A program made the position numbers and the translations under genes. Positions 9,334-16,984 of a stretch of DNA of 24,000 bases are shown here, in pieces (positions within the stretch are counted from its first letter, which is position 1; the number at the start of each line of letters is the position of its first letter). Source of the DNA: Campylobacter phage PC10; sequence record MZ047271.2, one strand, 5' to 3'. The notes beneath the pieces are model-generated. The model searched no databases, had not been told where the DNA came from, and saw only the letters and a program-made list of their open reading frames with translations.

Positions 9334-9366
9334 ATTTTAATGATATTTTAAGGCGTTAAAATGCGT
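9334..9366 (-). promoter_or_regulatory. late-promoter-like element (site A)
   Basis: Minus strand ACGCATTTTAACGCC - 12 nt - TAAAAT, upstream of small terminase start 9312. Confidence 0.65.
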
Positions 9367-9499
9367 GTTAGTTAATTTAAAGCAAAATTTGGCTTTTTTA
9401 GAACGCTTTTGATAAAAATAAAAATTTCAAATAAAGATTTTACCTTGCTTTGCTTGTGTTTTGGTTAGTTAGTTAGTAGGTTAAGTATAACATTATGTA

Positions 9500-9590
9500 A
9501 AAAACTGGCTCGCATTTTTTCGTGTCTACCGCTTCGGTGTATAGGATTGGCTTTCATAGAGATTACATACCCTACCCCTTAAGCTCGTTT
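9500..9590 (-). other. candidate cos / packaging initiation region
   Basis: Noncoding, locally GC-rich minus strand: AAGGGGTAGGGTATGTAATCTCTATGAAAGCCAATCCTATACACCGAAGCGGTAGACACG, with ACCGaagCGGT hairpin, exactly between HNH and small terminase genes. Confidence 0.45.
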
Positions 9591-9913
9591 TTAGTCTTTT
9601 CATTATGGCAAGCCAAGCATAAACTTTGCAAATTTTCTTCACTTAATTTCTTGCCACCTTGCTTAATAGGTATAATGTGATCTACAATTTTTGCAAACTT
9701 TCCACACCTTATACAAAATGGATTTTTATTTATAAAAGCATTTCTTAATTTTCTCCAAGCTACACTATTATAAAAATCTGAACTTTGCTTATCCCTTTTA
9801 AAACAATCATATCTTTTGTTTGCTATTTTCTTAAAAGTTTTATCACATTCTTCACAAGTTCTTAAATGAGTTTGTATTTTCTTACCACACTTGCAAAGTT
9901 TATAAATTGTCAT
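9572..9913 (-). CDS. HNH endonuclease
   Basis: RNAFINKNPFCIRCGKFAKIVDHIIPIKQGGKKLSEENLQSLCLACHNEKT. Confidence 0.92.
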   Translation of the reverse strand: MTIYKLCKCGKKIQTHLRTCEECDKTFKKIANKRYDCFKRDKQSSDFYNSVAWRKLRNAFINKNPFCIRCGKFAKIVDHIIPIKQGGKKLSEENLQSLCLACHNEKTKNELKG

Positions 9914-10160
9914 TTTTGTAAAATCCTATTTCAGTTTTTTTAGAAAGTTCAACTTTAAATTCATATTTAAAATCATCATAAGGCTTAATCACATAACAAT
10001 CATATCCTATCTCTAGCAATTTTATAAACCAATCAGGAAGCAAAACAAAAAAATTATTTCCTACTTGTTTGATTTTAAAACCACTTTTAAGCTCATTTAC
10101 ATTTCTATAAAAATTATCATACAAACCTAAATTACTTGCAAAAAGCTTAACGGGGGTCAC
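9900..10160 (-). CDS. hypothetical protein (GTG start, phage-associated)
   Basis: 86-aa ORF overlapping the HNH start; GGA before the GTG. Confidence 0.45.
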   Translation of the reverse strand: MTPVKLFASNLGLYDNFYRNVNELKSGFKIKQVGNNFFVLLPDWFIKLLEIGYDCYVIKPYDDFKYEFKVELSKKTEIGFYKNDNL

Positions 10161-10167
10161 TTTTCCA

Positions 10168-10191
10168 AAAATGGGTTACAAAATGGGCTAC
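10168..10191 (+). repeat. tandem 12-bp direct repeat AAAATGGGTTAC/AAAATGGGCTAC
   Basis: Two adjacent copies with one mismatch; a related GGGTCAC at 10154-10160; just upstream of integrase. Confidence 0.7.
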
Positions 10192-10232
10192 TTTTTACAC
10201 CAAAATAGACACTAAAAAAGAGAGAAAAATTA

Positions 10233-11408
10233 ATGGCAAAAATTAACAAACTTACCGATAGTTTTTTAAAAAGCATTAAATGCGAAAGTGATAAAAAATT
10301 TATAAAATTTGCTGATCCGAGTTTAAAAGGCTTATATGTTTTTATTTATCCTAGTGGTAAAAAATTATTTAAAATAAGACAAGCAAATGATACTTATATA
10401 AAAATAGGAGAGTATCCGTTACTTTCCTTAGCAGAGCTTAGAGAAATCGCTTTAAATGCTTTTAAGCTAAAAGCAAAAGGACAAAACATAAAAAACGCTA
10501 AAAGACTTAAATTTGGCGATATATATGATGAAGTTTTAGAAAAATGTAAGGCTGATGGATTAAGTCTAAAAGAAATACAAAGAGGATTAAAATACAAAAA
10601 TGGCGTTTTTAAGAATTTCAAAGATGTAGATATAGAAAGCATCAAGCGTTCACATGTCATCGAAACACTTAAAACCATAGAGCATCAAATCCCTACACTT
10701 ATAAAAGCTAAAGGCTGGATTAACAAAATCTTTAAATATGCTTTGCAACTTGAAATCGTAGAAAATAACCCTGTGACAAGTATTGATAATTCCATAGTTT
10801 TTAAAAAAGCTTCAAAAGTAATTCATCAGCCAACTCTACTAGAAAACGATAAAATTAAAGAATATATATTAGCCTTAAAAAATTCAGATCTTAAAAAAAC
10901 ACATAAAAATCTAATGCTTTTTAATCTTTTGACTGCACAACGCCCCGGTAATGTTATAAAAGCAACTTGGGATGAAATTGATTTAAAAAATGCTATATGG
11001 ACTATTAAAGCTGAAAAAATGAAAATGAGAAAAGAACATATTATCACTTTAAATTCTCAAGCGCTTAAAATTTTAAAAGAACAAAAGAAAATGAAAGTCA
11101 ATGATTATATATTTGCTGGAAGTTCAAAAAATGGGTGTAATAGCGAGAATATCACCTGTAATATCAATAAACGACTAGGATATAAAGGTATTCAAAGTGC
11201 ACATGGCTTTCGTGCTATGTTTAGAAGTTTAGCCAACGAACATCAATTAGATCATGGTGTGAGTATGGATATAGCCGAGCAGTGTTTAGCACACGAGCAA
11301 AAAAACGCCATTTTAAAAGCTTATAATCGTAGTGAAAATATAGAATTAAAAAGAAAGTTAATGCAGTGGTGGGGAGATTATATCGAAAAACTTGCAGGGG
11401 ATTTTTAA
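10233..11408 (+). CDS. tyrosine-type integrase (P4-like, DUF4102-like N-terminus)
   Basis: N-term FADPSLKGLYVFIYPSGKKLFKIRQ...IGEYPLLSLAELRE; catalytic NLLTAQRPGN, HGFRAMFRSLANEH, CLAHEQKNAILKAYNRS. Confidence 0.92.
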   Translation: MAKINKLTDSFLKSIKCESDKKFIKFADPSLKGLYVFIYPSGKKLFKIRQANDTYIKIGEYPLLSLAELREIALNAFKLKAKGQNIKNAKRLKFGDIYDEVLEKCKADGLSLKEIQRGLKYKNGVFKNFKDVDIESIKRSHVIETLKTIEHQIPTLIKAKGWINKIFKYALQLEIVENNPVTSIDNSIVFKKASKVIHQPTLLENDKIKEYILALKNSDLKKTHKNLMLFNLLTAQRPGNVIKATWDEIDLKNAIWTIKAEKMKMRKEHIITLNSQALKILKEQKKMKVNDYIFAGSSKNGCNSENITCNINKRLGYKGIQSAHGFRAMFRSLANEHQLDHGVSMDIAEQCLAHEQKNAILKAYNRSENIELKRKLMQWWGDYIEKLAGDF

Positions 11409-11611
11409 ATCACCTTGCAAGTTTGCAACCATTTATCAATTTCGGCTTTTTCATATTTAAAAGTAGAACCTATTTTAATCCCTTTAGGAAAATTAAATTT
11501 ATTTTGATTTACTCGCATTCTCATTTTGCGAATTTTTAGCGGAGTAAATCCCAGATACTCCGCTACTTCTTTTGTTGATAATAATTTTTCTATCTTACCA
11601 AATTTTGCCAT
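11405..11611 (-). CDS. excisionase/AlpA-like winged HTH DNA-binding protein
   Basis: STKEVAEYLGFTPLKIRKMR...FKYEKAEIDKWL; convergent with integrase. Confidence 0.7.
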   Translation of the reverse strand: MAKFGKIEKLLSTKEVAEYLGFTPLKIRKMRMRVNQNKFNFPKGIKIGSTFKYEKAEIDKWLQTCKVI

Positions 11612-11612
11612 T

Positions 11613-11966
11613 TCATACTCCTTTCTCTAAATCAAAGCCTAATTTTGCAATAATTGCTTTTTGCTCTTCATAGCTTAAAAAATTGCTGATTAAAATCAAA
11701 ACATCACCAAAACAAAAGCGATTATAGCTCGTGCTTTGTTCTAGCACTTTAATTTCTAATGTATCACTTAAACTCTCAAGCGAAGCTGTTATTTTCCAAT
11801 TTTTATTAATAGCTTTTAACATCTCATCGTTTGCATTTTGATTAAAAGCATTGTCGTTTCTTAAAAGCAACATTTCTTTTATCGTTTGCTTTAACATTTC
11901 TTGCGTATTTTCTAGCTCTTTTTCTAATGCTATTTTAGCTTTTATGTATTCTTTGAATTCTTTCAT
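11613..11966 (-). CDS. hypothetical protein
   Basis: 117-aa ORF in tightly spaced operon. Confidence 0.5.
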   Translation of the reverse strand: MKEFKEYIKAKIALEKELENTQEMLKQTIKEMLLLRNDNAFNQNANDEMLKAINKNWKITASLESLSDTLEIKVLEQSTSYNRFCFGDVLILISNFLSYEEQKAIIAKLGFDLEKGV

Positions 11967-11983
11967 TTTTTATCCTTTCTAAC

Positions 11984-12745
11984 TTAAGCAAATAAGCTTC
12001 TTTCTATGTGTTTAAACATAATTTCATTAGCACTTTTAAAAAAGTCTTTTTTAATCTCAAAGCCATAAGCTTTGCGGTTTAAATTTGTAGCTGCTAAAAG
12101 AGTGCTACCACTTCCAGCACATGGATCTATAACAACATCACCTGCATCTGTAAAAATAGTGATTAATCTTTCTAGTAATTTAACAGGCTTTTGTGTGGGA
12201 TGTACTTTAGGAATACCTTCATCTTTTTGCCAATCCATGCAGTTATAAATCATCTTTCCATCATTGTTAAATTTTGGAAGTTTTTCACGATATAAGATTA
12301 AAGCATATTCACAATTTCCAACTATTTTCATATTTGCTTTTAAAACTTGAGATGAGCTTTGTTTTCTAAAAACCAAATTTATATAATGATTAAAGCCATA
12401 TTTTTTAGCTACTTCAATTAACATTGTTTGTTGTTCAAAAGAGCAAAAAACAATCATGCAAGGACTTTTACCGCATTCTTTAGGTTCTTTTATAAGCATT
12501 TTTGAGCAAAAGTGCATAAATTCGCTAACTCTAAAATCATTATCTGTATCAAAAAACGCCTTGTTTGCTTTTTTGCTTTCTCCATTTTTATTATCCCCAT
12601 TTATATACCATTCAGGAGATGAAGCATAAGCATTGTTGCCTAAATTATAAGGAATATCAGCTATTACAAGCTGTGCTTTTGGTATATTATATCTTTTAAA
12701 ATTTTGAAAGTGGTCGTTATAAAGCTGTGGGTGAAACATCATCAC
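11984..12745 (-). CDS. phage-type DNA methyltransferase (N6-adenine/N4-cytosine class)
   Basis: VIADIPYNLGNNAYASSPEWY motif IV variant; HPTQKPVKLLERLI; VVIDPCAGSGSTLLAA motif I. Confidence 0.88.
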   Translation of the reverse strand: MMMFHPQLYNDHFQNFKRYNIPKAQLVIADIPYNLGNNAYASSPEWYINGDNKNGESKKANKAFFDTDNDFRVSEFMHFCSKMLIKEPKECGKSPCMIVFCSFEQQTMLIEVAKKYGFNHYINLVFRKQSSSQVLKANMKIVGNCEYALILYREKLPKFNNDGKMIYNCMDWQKDEGIPKVHPTQKPVKLLERLITIFTDAGDVVIDPCAGSGSTLLAATNLNRKAYGFEIKKDFFKSANEIMFKHIERSLFA

Positions 12746-12983
12746 TTCCTTTTTGATTAAATAAATTAGGCTCTTTTAAAAAGGCTATTTTTTCCATTAT
12801 TTCATTAAATTCGCTCTGATAGTCTTTGATATTCTGATTTAATATGCTTCTTTCATCTTTAACTCTTTGTATAGATCTATGAATTGCTAAAGCTCTTTTG
12901 GTTAAAACTTCTATCTCTTGGTTTAACTCACCTTGATTTAATTCCTTTAACTGCTCTAATTGCTGATTAGTATTTTTTTTCAT
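12717..12983 (-). CDS. hypothetical coiled-coil protein
   Basis: 88-aa ORF overlapping its neighbours in a dense operon. Confidence 0.45.
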   Translation of the reverse strand: MKKNTNQQLEQLKELNQGELNQEIEVLTKRALAIHRSIQRVKDERSILNQNIKDYQSEFNEIMEKIAFLKEPNLFNQKGSDDVSPTAL

Positions 12984-13338
12984 TTTTTATCCTTTTAATT
13001 ATATTTTCAAGTTTTAAAAGTCCGCGTTCTAAAACTTCTTGTTCTTCTTTACTTCTTGCTTTTAGCTCATTTATTCCTTTTGCTGCAATAGAATAAAACA
13101 CCAAATCAATTCGTTTGTAAAACTCTAATTTCTTTTTGTATTCTTCTCTTAGTCTTTGTAAAATGTTTTCTTTTTCTTTTTCAAATAAAGCTAAAACAAA
13201 AGAATCTGAAAAATAAAAACAAAGTCTTCTTTCTTTATTTTCCCCTACAATCTTTGCATCTTTAAAAAAGTATTTAAGATCATTATTTAAAACAAGTTTT
13301 GCTAAATCGTAAGCTTCTAATTCTCTTGTAATATTCAT
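12967..13338 (-). CDS. hypothetical protein
   Basis: 123-aa ORF in operon. Confidence 0.5.
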   Translation of the reverse strand: MNITRELEAYDLAKLVLNNDLKYFFKDAKIVGENKERRLCFYFSDSFVLALFEKEKENILQRLREEYKKKLEFYKRIDLVFYSIAAKGINELKARSKEEQEVLERGLLKLENIIKRIKNEKKY

Positions 13339-13563
13339 TTAACACCTCATTGTATAAGTTTTATTAAATTCTCTTGTGATCTTTTCTACTTTAAAGCTAG
13401 TTTTTAATTTATTATCACATTCAGGACAAAAGCCATCTAAACTCACGCTTTTTACATCGCCTATAATTTCATCAAGACCTTTAAAAAATTTAGAATTTGG
13501 CACAAATTCTAAGTTGCATTTTGAACATTTTATTGTCCCTTTAAAAATAAAATTTACTTTCAT
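13339..13563 (-). CDS. small zinc-ribbon protein
   Basis: CSKC...CPEC and terminal C residues (GTIKCSKCNLEF...GFCPECDNKL). Confidence 0.6.
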   Translation of the reverse strand: MKVNFIFKGTIKCSKCNLEFVPNSKFFKGLDEIIGDVKSVSLDGFCPECDNKLKTSFKVEKITREFNKTYTMRC

Positions 13564-13571
13564 ATTCTCTC

Positions 13572-14432
13572 CTAACTTGCCAAAGCGTAAGGCTTAAATA
13601 TCTTAGCCCAACGTGGATTGTTTAAATACTTTGTTTGCTCAAGTATCATTCTCATATTAAAATGCCAAATTCCTATCATTCTTAAATAATCTTGCATAAG
13701 ATCTAATGCATCATTGATATCATTTTCTATTCTATCTAAGAACTTATCCTTTATCTTCAATGTAAGCTCTAATCTTTTCCATCGCACAAATTCCCTTTTA
13801 ATGTTTTCTTTGTGATAGTACTTTTGTTTTTCGTATTTATCATAAAGTAAAATGCGTTCTAATTTATAGTATTTACTTTGAGGATTGTTGATATACATAC
13901 TTGTTTTATAAGTATGAAAATCGCCAAAGATTTTAAGTTTGCTAAACCTTTCTTGGTGTTTAAATTCTCTTGGTTTAGATACTGCTAGATCATCATCAAA
14001 ATCACAAGCAATATCCACACTATAAGCTTTAAACCTTTTTATCATTTTGCTTAAAATTTTCCACACTTCAGCTTCTATTTGTTTACTAGGCTGATAAAGC
14101 CCATTAAATTGCACCTCTATGTAGTAATCTTTTGCTTTTTTATTCTTTTTAGAAAGCTCAAAGCAAGCCTTAGAATTATCTAATATAATGATAGTATTTG
14201 AAAGGCTTTTATTTCTAGGTTTTATATTGATATAACGCATTTTAAAAGGATAAAATTTATCATTGGTTTTTATGCCTTTGAATTTGTCTTTTGCAAATTC
14301 ATCAATGCTTTTATTTCTTGTTGTGCTTCGCATTTTTTCAAAAAGCCCCCATCTTTTAAGGTATTTGTAAAAGGTTTTTTTGTTGATAACGAAACGGAAG
14401 CTGTCGTATCCTGTGCTATGATTTGTTTGCAT
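13572..14432 (-). CDS. putative replication initiation (Rep-like) protein
   Basis: 286 aa; DSFRFVI..., FKAYSVDIACDFDDD, RWKRLELTLKIKD resemble plasmid/phage Rep (Rep_trans-like) proteins. Assigned by pattern only. Confidence 0.45.
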   Translation of the reverse strand: MQTNHSTGYDSFRFVINKKTFYKYLKRWGLFEKMRSTTRNKSIDEFAKDKFKGIKTNDKFYPFKMRYINIKPRNKSLSNTIIILDNSKACFELSKKNKKAKDYYIEVQFNGLYQPSKQIEAEVWKILSKMIKRFKAYSVDIACDFDDDLAVSKPREFKHQERFSKLKIFGDFHTYKTSMYINNPQSKYYKLERILLYDKYEKQKYYHKENIKREFVRWKRLELTLKIKDKFLDRIENDINDALDLMQDYLRMIGIWHFNMRMILEQTKYLNNPRWAKIFKPYALAS

Positions 14433-14584
14433 AAAATATCCTTTTCAAAACCTTTTTTCATTAAAAAGCCATTGCTACTTATCTTTACAAGTGCATAGCC
14501 ACGCATTGCTAAACTTTCTATTACCTTTGCTCTTTGTGCTTTTTTAAATGCATCATTATCTTTTTGTATGGGTTTAAAACTCAT
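14270..14584 (-). CDS. hypothetical protein overlapping Rep-like gene by about 160 bp
   Basis: 104-aa ORF; the first half is in otherwise noncoding space. Confidence 0.4.
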   Translation of the reverse strand: MSFKPIQKDNDAFKKAQRAKVIESLAMRGYALVKISSNGFLMKKGFEKDILCKQIIAQDTTASVSLSTKKPFTNTLKDGGFLKKCEAQQEIKALMNLQKTNSKA

Positions 14585-14610
14585 TTTTTTCCTTTTTTAG
14601 ACATTAAATG

Positions 14611-14644
14611 AGTGTTTAGGGTTTATTAAAATGTCCTAAACACT
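14611..14644. repeat. 10-bp inverted repeat AGTGTTTAGG/CCTAAACACT
   Basis: Perfect arms at 14611-14620 and 14635-14644, upstream of the Rep-like gene pair. Confidence 0.7.
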
Positions 14645-14662
14645 GTTAAACTGGTGATTTAT

Positions 14663-14983
14663 TTAATAGTTGAAATTTTTTCTTCGTTTTTCTAATTTAA
14701 ATACTAATATATCACAAGCTTTTTTACTTAGCTCATCATTAGTGCATAAAATTTTAGTTTTAAGTTCTCGCATTAAACTTTCCACCCAAAGAAAAAGCTC
14801 ATCATCTCTAAAAACAAAAAGCTGATTTTTGGCAAATTCTGCTTTTAGTTTCTCGTATTTTTCCCCTTGTATATTTTTAAGCTTAAAAACCTTTTCTTTA
14901 GTCTTTTTGTGCTTTTGTTTTTCGATTAAAAGCTGATATTTTAAAGCTTTTATTTCGTTTTCTAGGTATGGTTTGTTACTCAT
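14663..14983 (-). CDS. hypothetical coiled-coil protein (start probably MSNKPYLENE)
   Basis: ORF track gives 14663-15037; the internal ATG at 14983 overlaps the preceding small ORF's end more plausibly. Confidence 0.5.
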   Translation of the reverse strand: MSNKPYLENEIKALKYQLLIEKQKHKKTKEKVFKLKNIQGEKYEKLKAEFAKNQLFVFRDDELFLWVESLMRELKTKILCTNDELSKKACDILVFKLEKRRKNFNY

Positions 14984-15080
14984 TTTTAAGCTCCTTAAGT
15001 TCTTTTTCAAGCCTATAAACTTTTGCCGATAAAACACATAATAAAGTCGCTAATACTAAAACTATAATTTCTAAAATCAT
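14976..15080 (-). CDS. 34-aa small membrane peptide MILEIIVLVLATLLCVLSAKVYRLEKELKELKNE
   Basis: ATG at 15080, AAGGAG RBS, TAA at 14976-14978; one TM helix plus charged tail. Below ORF-track cutoff. Confidence 0.55.
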   Translation of the reverse strand: MILEIIVLVLATLLCVLSAKVYRLEKELKELKNE

Positions 15081-15095
15081 TTTTAACTCCTTTTT

Positions 15096-15104
15096 TGATA
15101 TAAT
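15096..15104 (+). promoter_or_regulatory. possible antisense promoter (extended -10 TGATATAAT)
   Basis: CTCCTTTTTTGATATAAT on the plus strand, pointing into the antisense side of the 26-aa peptide gene. Confidence 0.45.
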
Positions 15105-15125
15105 AGAAAAGGTAAAAGATGATAA

Positions 15126-15138
15126 GGGCTTTCGCCCT
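15126..15138. terminator. GGGCGAAAGCCC hairpin, possible terminator of the 26-aa peptide gene
   Basis: Minus strand AAAGGGCGAAAGCCCTT 5 nt after the stop codon; only weak U-tract (TTATCATCTTTT). Confidence 0.4.
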
Positions 15139-15143
15139 TTGCC

Positions 15144-15224
15144 TTAATGCTTTCTTGCGTTGATAATGGCTGTTATCAAGCAGATTAAAGCAGTGATTAA
15201 CTCGAGCACATCACTAGCGTTCAT
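15144..15224 (-). CDS. 26-aa small hydrophobic peptide MNASDVLELITALICLITAIINARKH
   Basis: GGAG RBS 8 nt before ATG at 15224, consensus promoter upstream, hydrophobic core with basic C-terminus. Confidence 0.6.
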   Translation of the reverse strand: MNASDVLELITALICLITAIINARKH

Positions 15225-15279
15225 CTTTTACTCCTTTCTTTTATTTCAAAAGTAATTTATCTTTACTTTTGATAACACA

Positions 15280-15308
15280 ATTATAACATAATAATTACTA
15301 ATTGTCAA
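15280..15308 (-). promoter_or_regulatory. consensus sigma70 promoter
   Basis: Minus strand TTGACA (15308-15303), 17-nt spacer, TATAAT (15285-15280). Confidence 0.8.
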
Positions 15309-15369
15309 GGTTATAATAATTTATTTTTATTTTTGTAGATAAAGAAGTAATTTAAATTTACTTTGTGGA

Positions 15370-15606
15370 TTAATTTTCGTTAATCCACGCTTTAAAGTCT
15401 TTTTTGATAGCTTCTGCTTTTTCTAATTTTGCTTCTAGTTCAAAAATTTTTTTAAGCATATTAATAGCGTGTGCCATTTGAAAACTTATTTTTTCAGTAG
15501 AAATGGCATTTTTTACTGCACCTTCACCAAAACCTATTAACTCGGCTAACTCTTTATAAGTTAAGCCTTGCTCTTTACAAAATTGTTTTAATTCTTCACT
15601 TGTCAT
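15370..15606 (-). CDS. small HTH transcriptional regulator
   Basis: KELAELIGFGEGAVKNAISTEKISFQMAHAINML helix-turn-helix pattern. Confidence 0.6.
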   Translation of the reverse strand: MTSEELKQFCKEQGLTYKELAELIGFGEGAVKNAISTEKISFQMAHAINMLKKIFELEAKLEKAEAIKKDFKAWINEN

Positions 15607-15739
15607 TTTTCCCTTTCTTTTATTCTAAAGATATTTTATCTTTTATGTTAAAAATTCTATATAAAATGATTTTATTTTTATCGTTTTTATAATACTCTAA
15701 ATCTACTAAAAAATTAAATCCATAAGGATTTTTCAAAAC

Positions 15740-16387
15740 TTATTCGGCTATTTTCTCATCACTAAAACTAACATCAACCGCATAAGGACTTAAAGCATCG
15801 CACTTTGCCTTATGTTTTGTTTTATTGTCTATTTTATTTGTAGTTTTATACATCGTTATCAAAGCATTTTCATGTATCTTTTGATATTCAATTTCCTTTT
15901 TTTCGCAAATGTAATTAGCATTTTCATAAATAAGCTCAGCTTCATCACTATTTATTCTCAAAAGTTCTTCACCTTTATGATTGATAAAAAAAGTATTTTG
16001 ATTTATAGTAACGGGTGCAAATATATTTTTTAAATTATTGGCATTATACTTAGTAAAATGCGGATTTTCTTCTATTTCTTCTATACTTTTTGATTTGATA
16101 TTTTTAAAAGATATGATAAGTTCTATAAATTCATTTAATGCTTGAATAGGTGCAATAATAGGCAAAACTTCTCCTGCTATTTCAAAAACCAAAGAATATA
16201 TATCACTACCAGTTTCAACTTTTTCTAAAAAAATTTTACTTTGTGTTATACCGTGCTCTTTTGATATAAAACTATCCATTAATTTTTGAAAACTTAACAA
16301 AGAATTAGCCATTATCCCAAGTTCTATGTTTTCTTCATGGATAATTTTTATTTTAAAATTAACAATATTTTCTTTCTCTTCTGTCAT
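15740..16387 (-). CDS. hypothetical protein, about 215 aa
   Basis: ORF track starts at 16435, but MTEEKENIVNF at 16387 has AGGAG upstream. No family recognised with confidence. Confidence 0.6.
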   Translation of the reverse strand: MTEEKENIVNFKIKIIHEENIELGIMANSLLSFQKLMDSFISKEHGITQSKIFLEKVETGSDIYSLVFEIAGEVLPIIAPIQALNEFIELIISFKNIKSKSIEEIEENPHFTKYNANNLKNIFAPVTINQNTFFINHKGEELLRINSDEAELIYENANYICEKKEIEYQKIHENALITMYKTTNKIDNKTKHKAKCDALSPYAVDVSFSDEKIAE

Positions 16388-16403
16388 TAATTCTCCTTTT
16401 AAA

Positions 16404-16520
16404 TTAAAAAATCTTATTAGCCAAAGAAAAAACAAAACCTACGCTTTGCTTTATAGCTTCTTTATCAGCTAAATCTATGCTATCTTTTAGCTTTTCGCCT
16501 AAAGTCTTATTGCTTTGCAT
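16404..16520 (-). CDS. 38-aa small protein MQSNKTLGEKLKDSIDLADKEAIKQSVGFVFSLANKIF
   Basis: Uninterrupted ORF between neighbours; AGGTAAT upstream. Confidence 0.35.
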   Translation of the reverse strand: MQSNKTLGEKLKDSIDLADKEAIKQSVGFVFSLANKIF

Positions 16521-16524
16521 TATA

Positions 16525-16755
16525 TTACCTCTTTTCTTTTTCCTCACAAACAAAATAAACTTTTACATTCTTATTTTTATTGATTAAAAGAATTTGTTCG
16601 TGTAAATTTTCAAAAGGACTTTCTAAATTGTCATAAAATTTCAATCCACACACAGGACAATTTTTAATACTATTGTGAGTATCTATAATGATTTGCGTTT
16701 CACAATTTTTGCACTCTAGTTTAAACTTTTTTATCTTGGCGATTTCTTGTTCCAT
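16525..16755 (-). CDS. zinc-ribbon protein (copy 2)
   Basis: CKNC...CPVCG; likely start MEQEIAKIKKFKLECKNC (track gives 16525-16809). Confidence 0.6.
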   Translation of the reverse strand: MEQEIAKIKKFKLECKNCETQIIIDTHNSIKNCPVCGLKFYDNLESPFENLHEQILLINKNKNVKVYFVCEEKEKR

Positions 16756-16984
16756 CACATTCCTTTTTACAAACAAAATAAAATTCTGCATTTTTATTTT
16801 TGCTAACACTTTTGAACAATTCAGTTAAAATTTCAAAGAGATTATATCCTAAATTTTCATCTATAAACTTTATTCCACATTGCGGACAAGTTTTAATAAC
16901 ATTACCTATTTTTGTAATGATTTTTGTATCGCAATTTTTACATTTTATTTTTAATTCTGTAATTTTTTTTAAATTCTTATCCAT
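16721..16984 (-). CDS. zinc-ribbon protein (copy 1)
   Basis: LKIKCKNCDTKIITKIGNVIKTCPQCGIKF; paralogous to the downstream ORF. Confidence 0.6.
   Translation of the reverse strand: MDKNLKKITELKIKCKNCDTKIITKIGNVIKTCPQCGIKFIDENLGYNLFEILTELFKSVSKNKNAEFYFVCKKECDGTRNRQDKKV

Noticed and set aside
10394-11047. Minus-strand ORFs 10394-10678 and 10826-11047
   Set aside because: Antisense to the confident integrase CDS.
11984-12745. Unusual DIPY instead of DPPY in methyltransferase motif IV as a novel enzyme class
   Set aside because: I recall the ADIPYNxG...YASSPEWY...GDNKNGESK pattern as common among phage methyltransferases, so it is a known variant.
13376-13597. Plus-strand ORF antisense to zinc-ribbon gene
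   Set aside because: No independent support.
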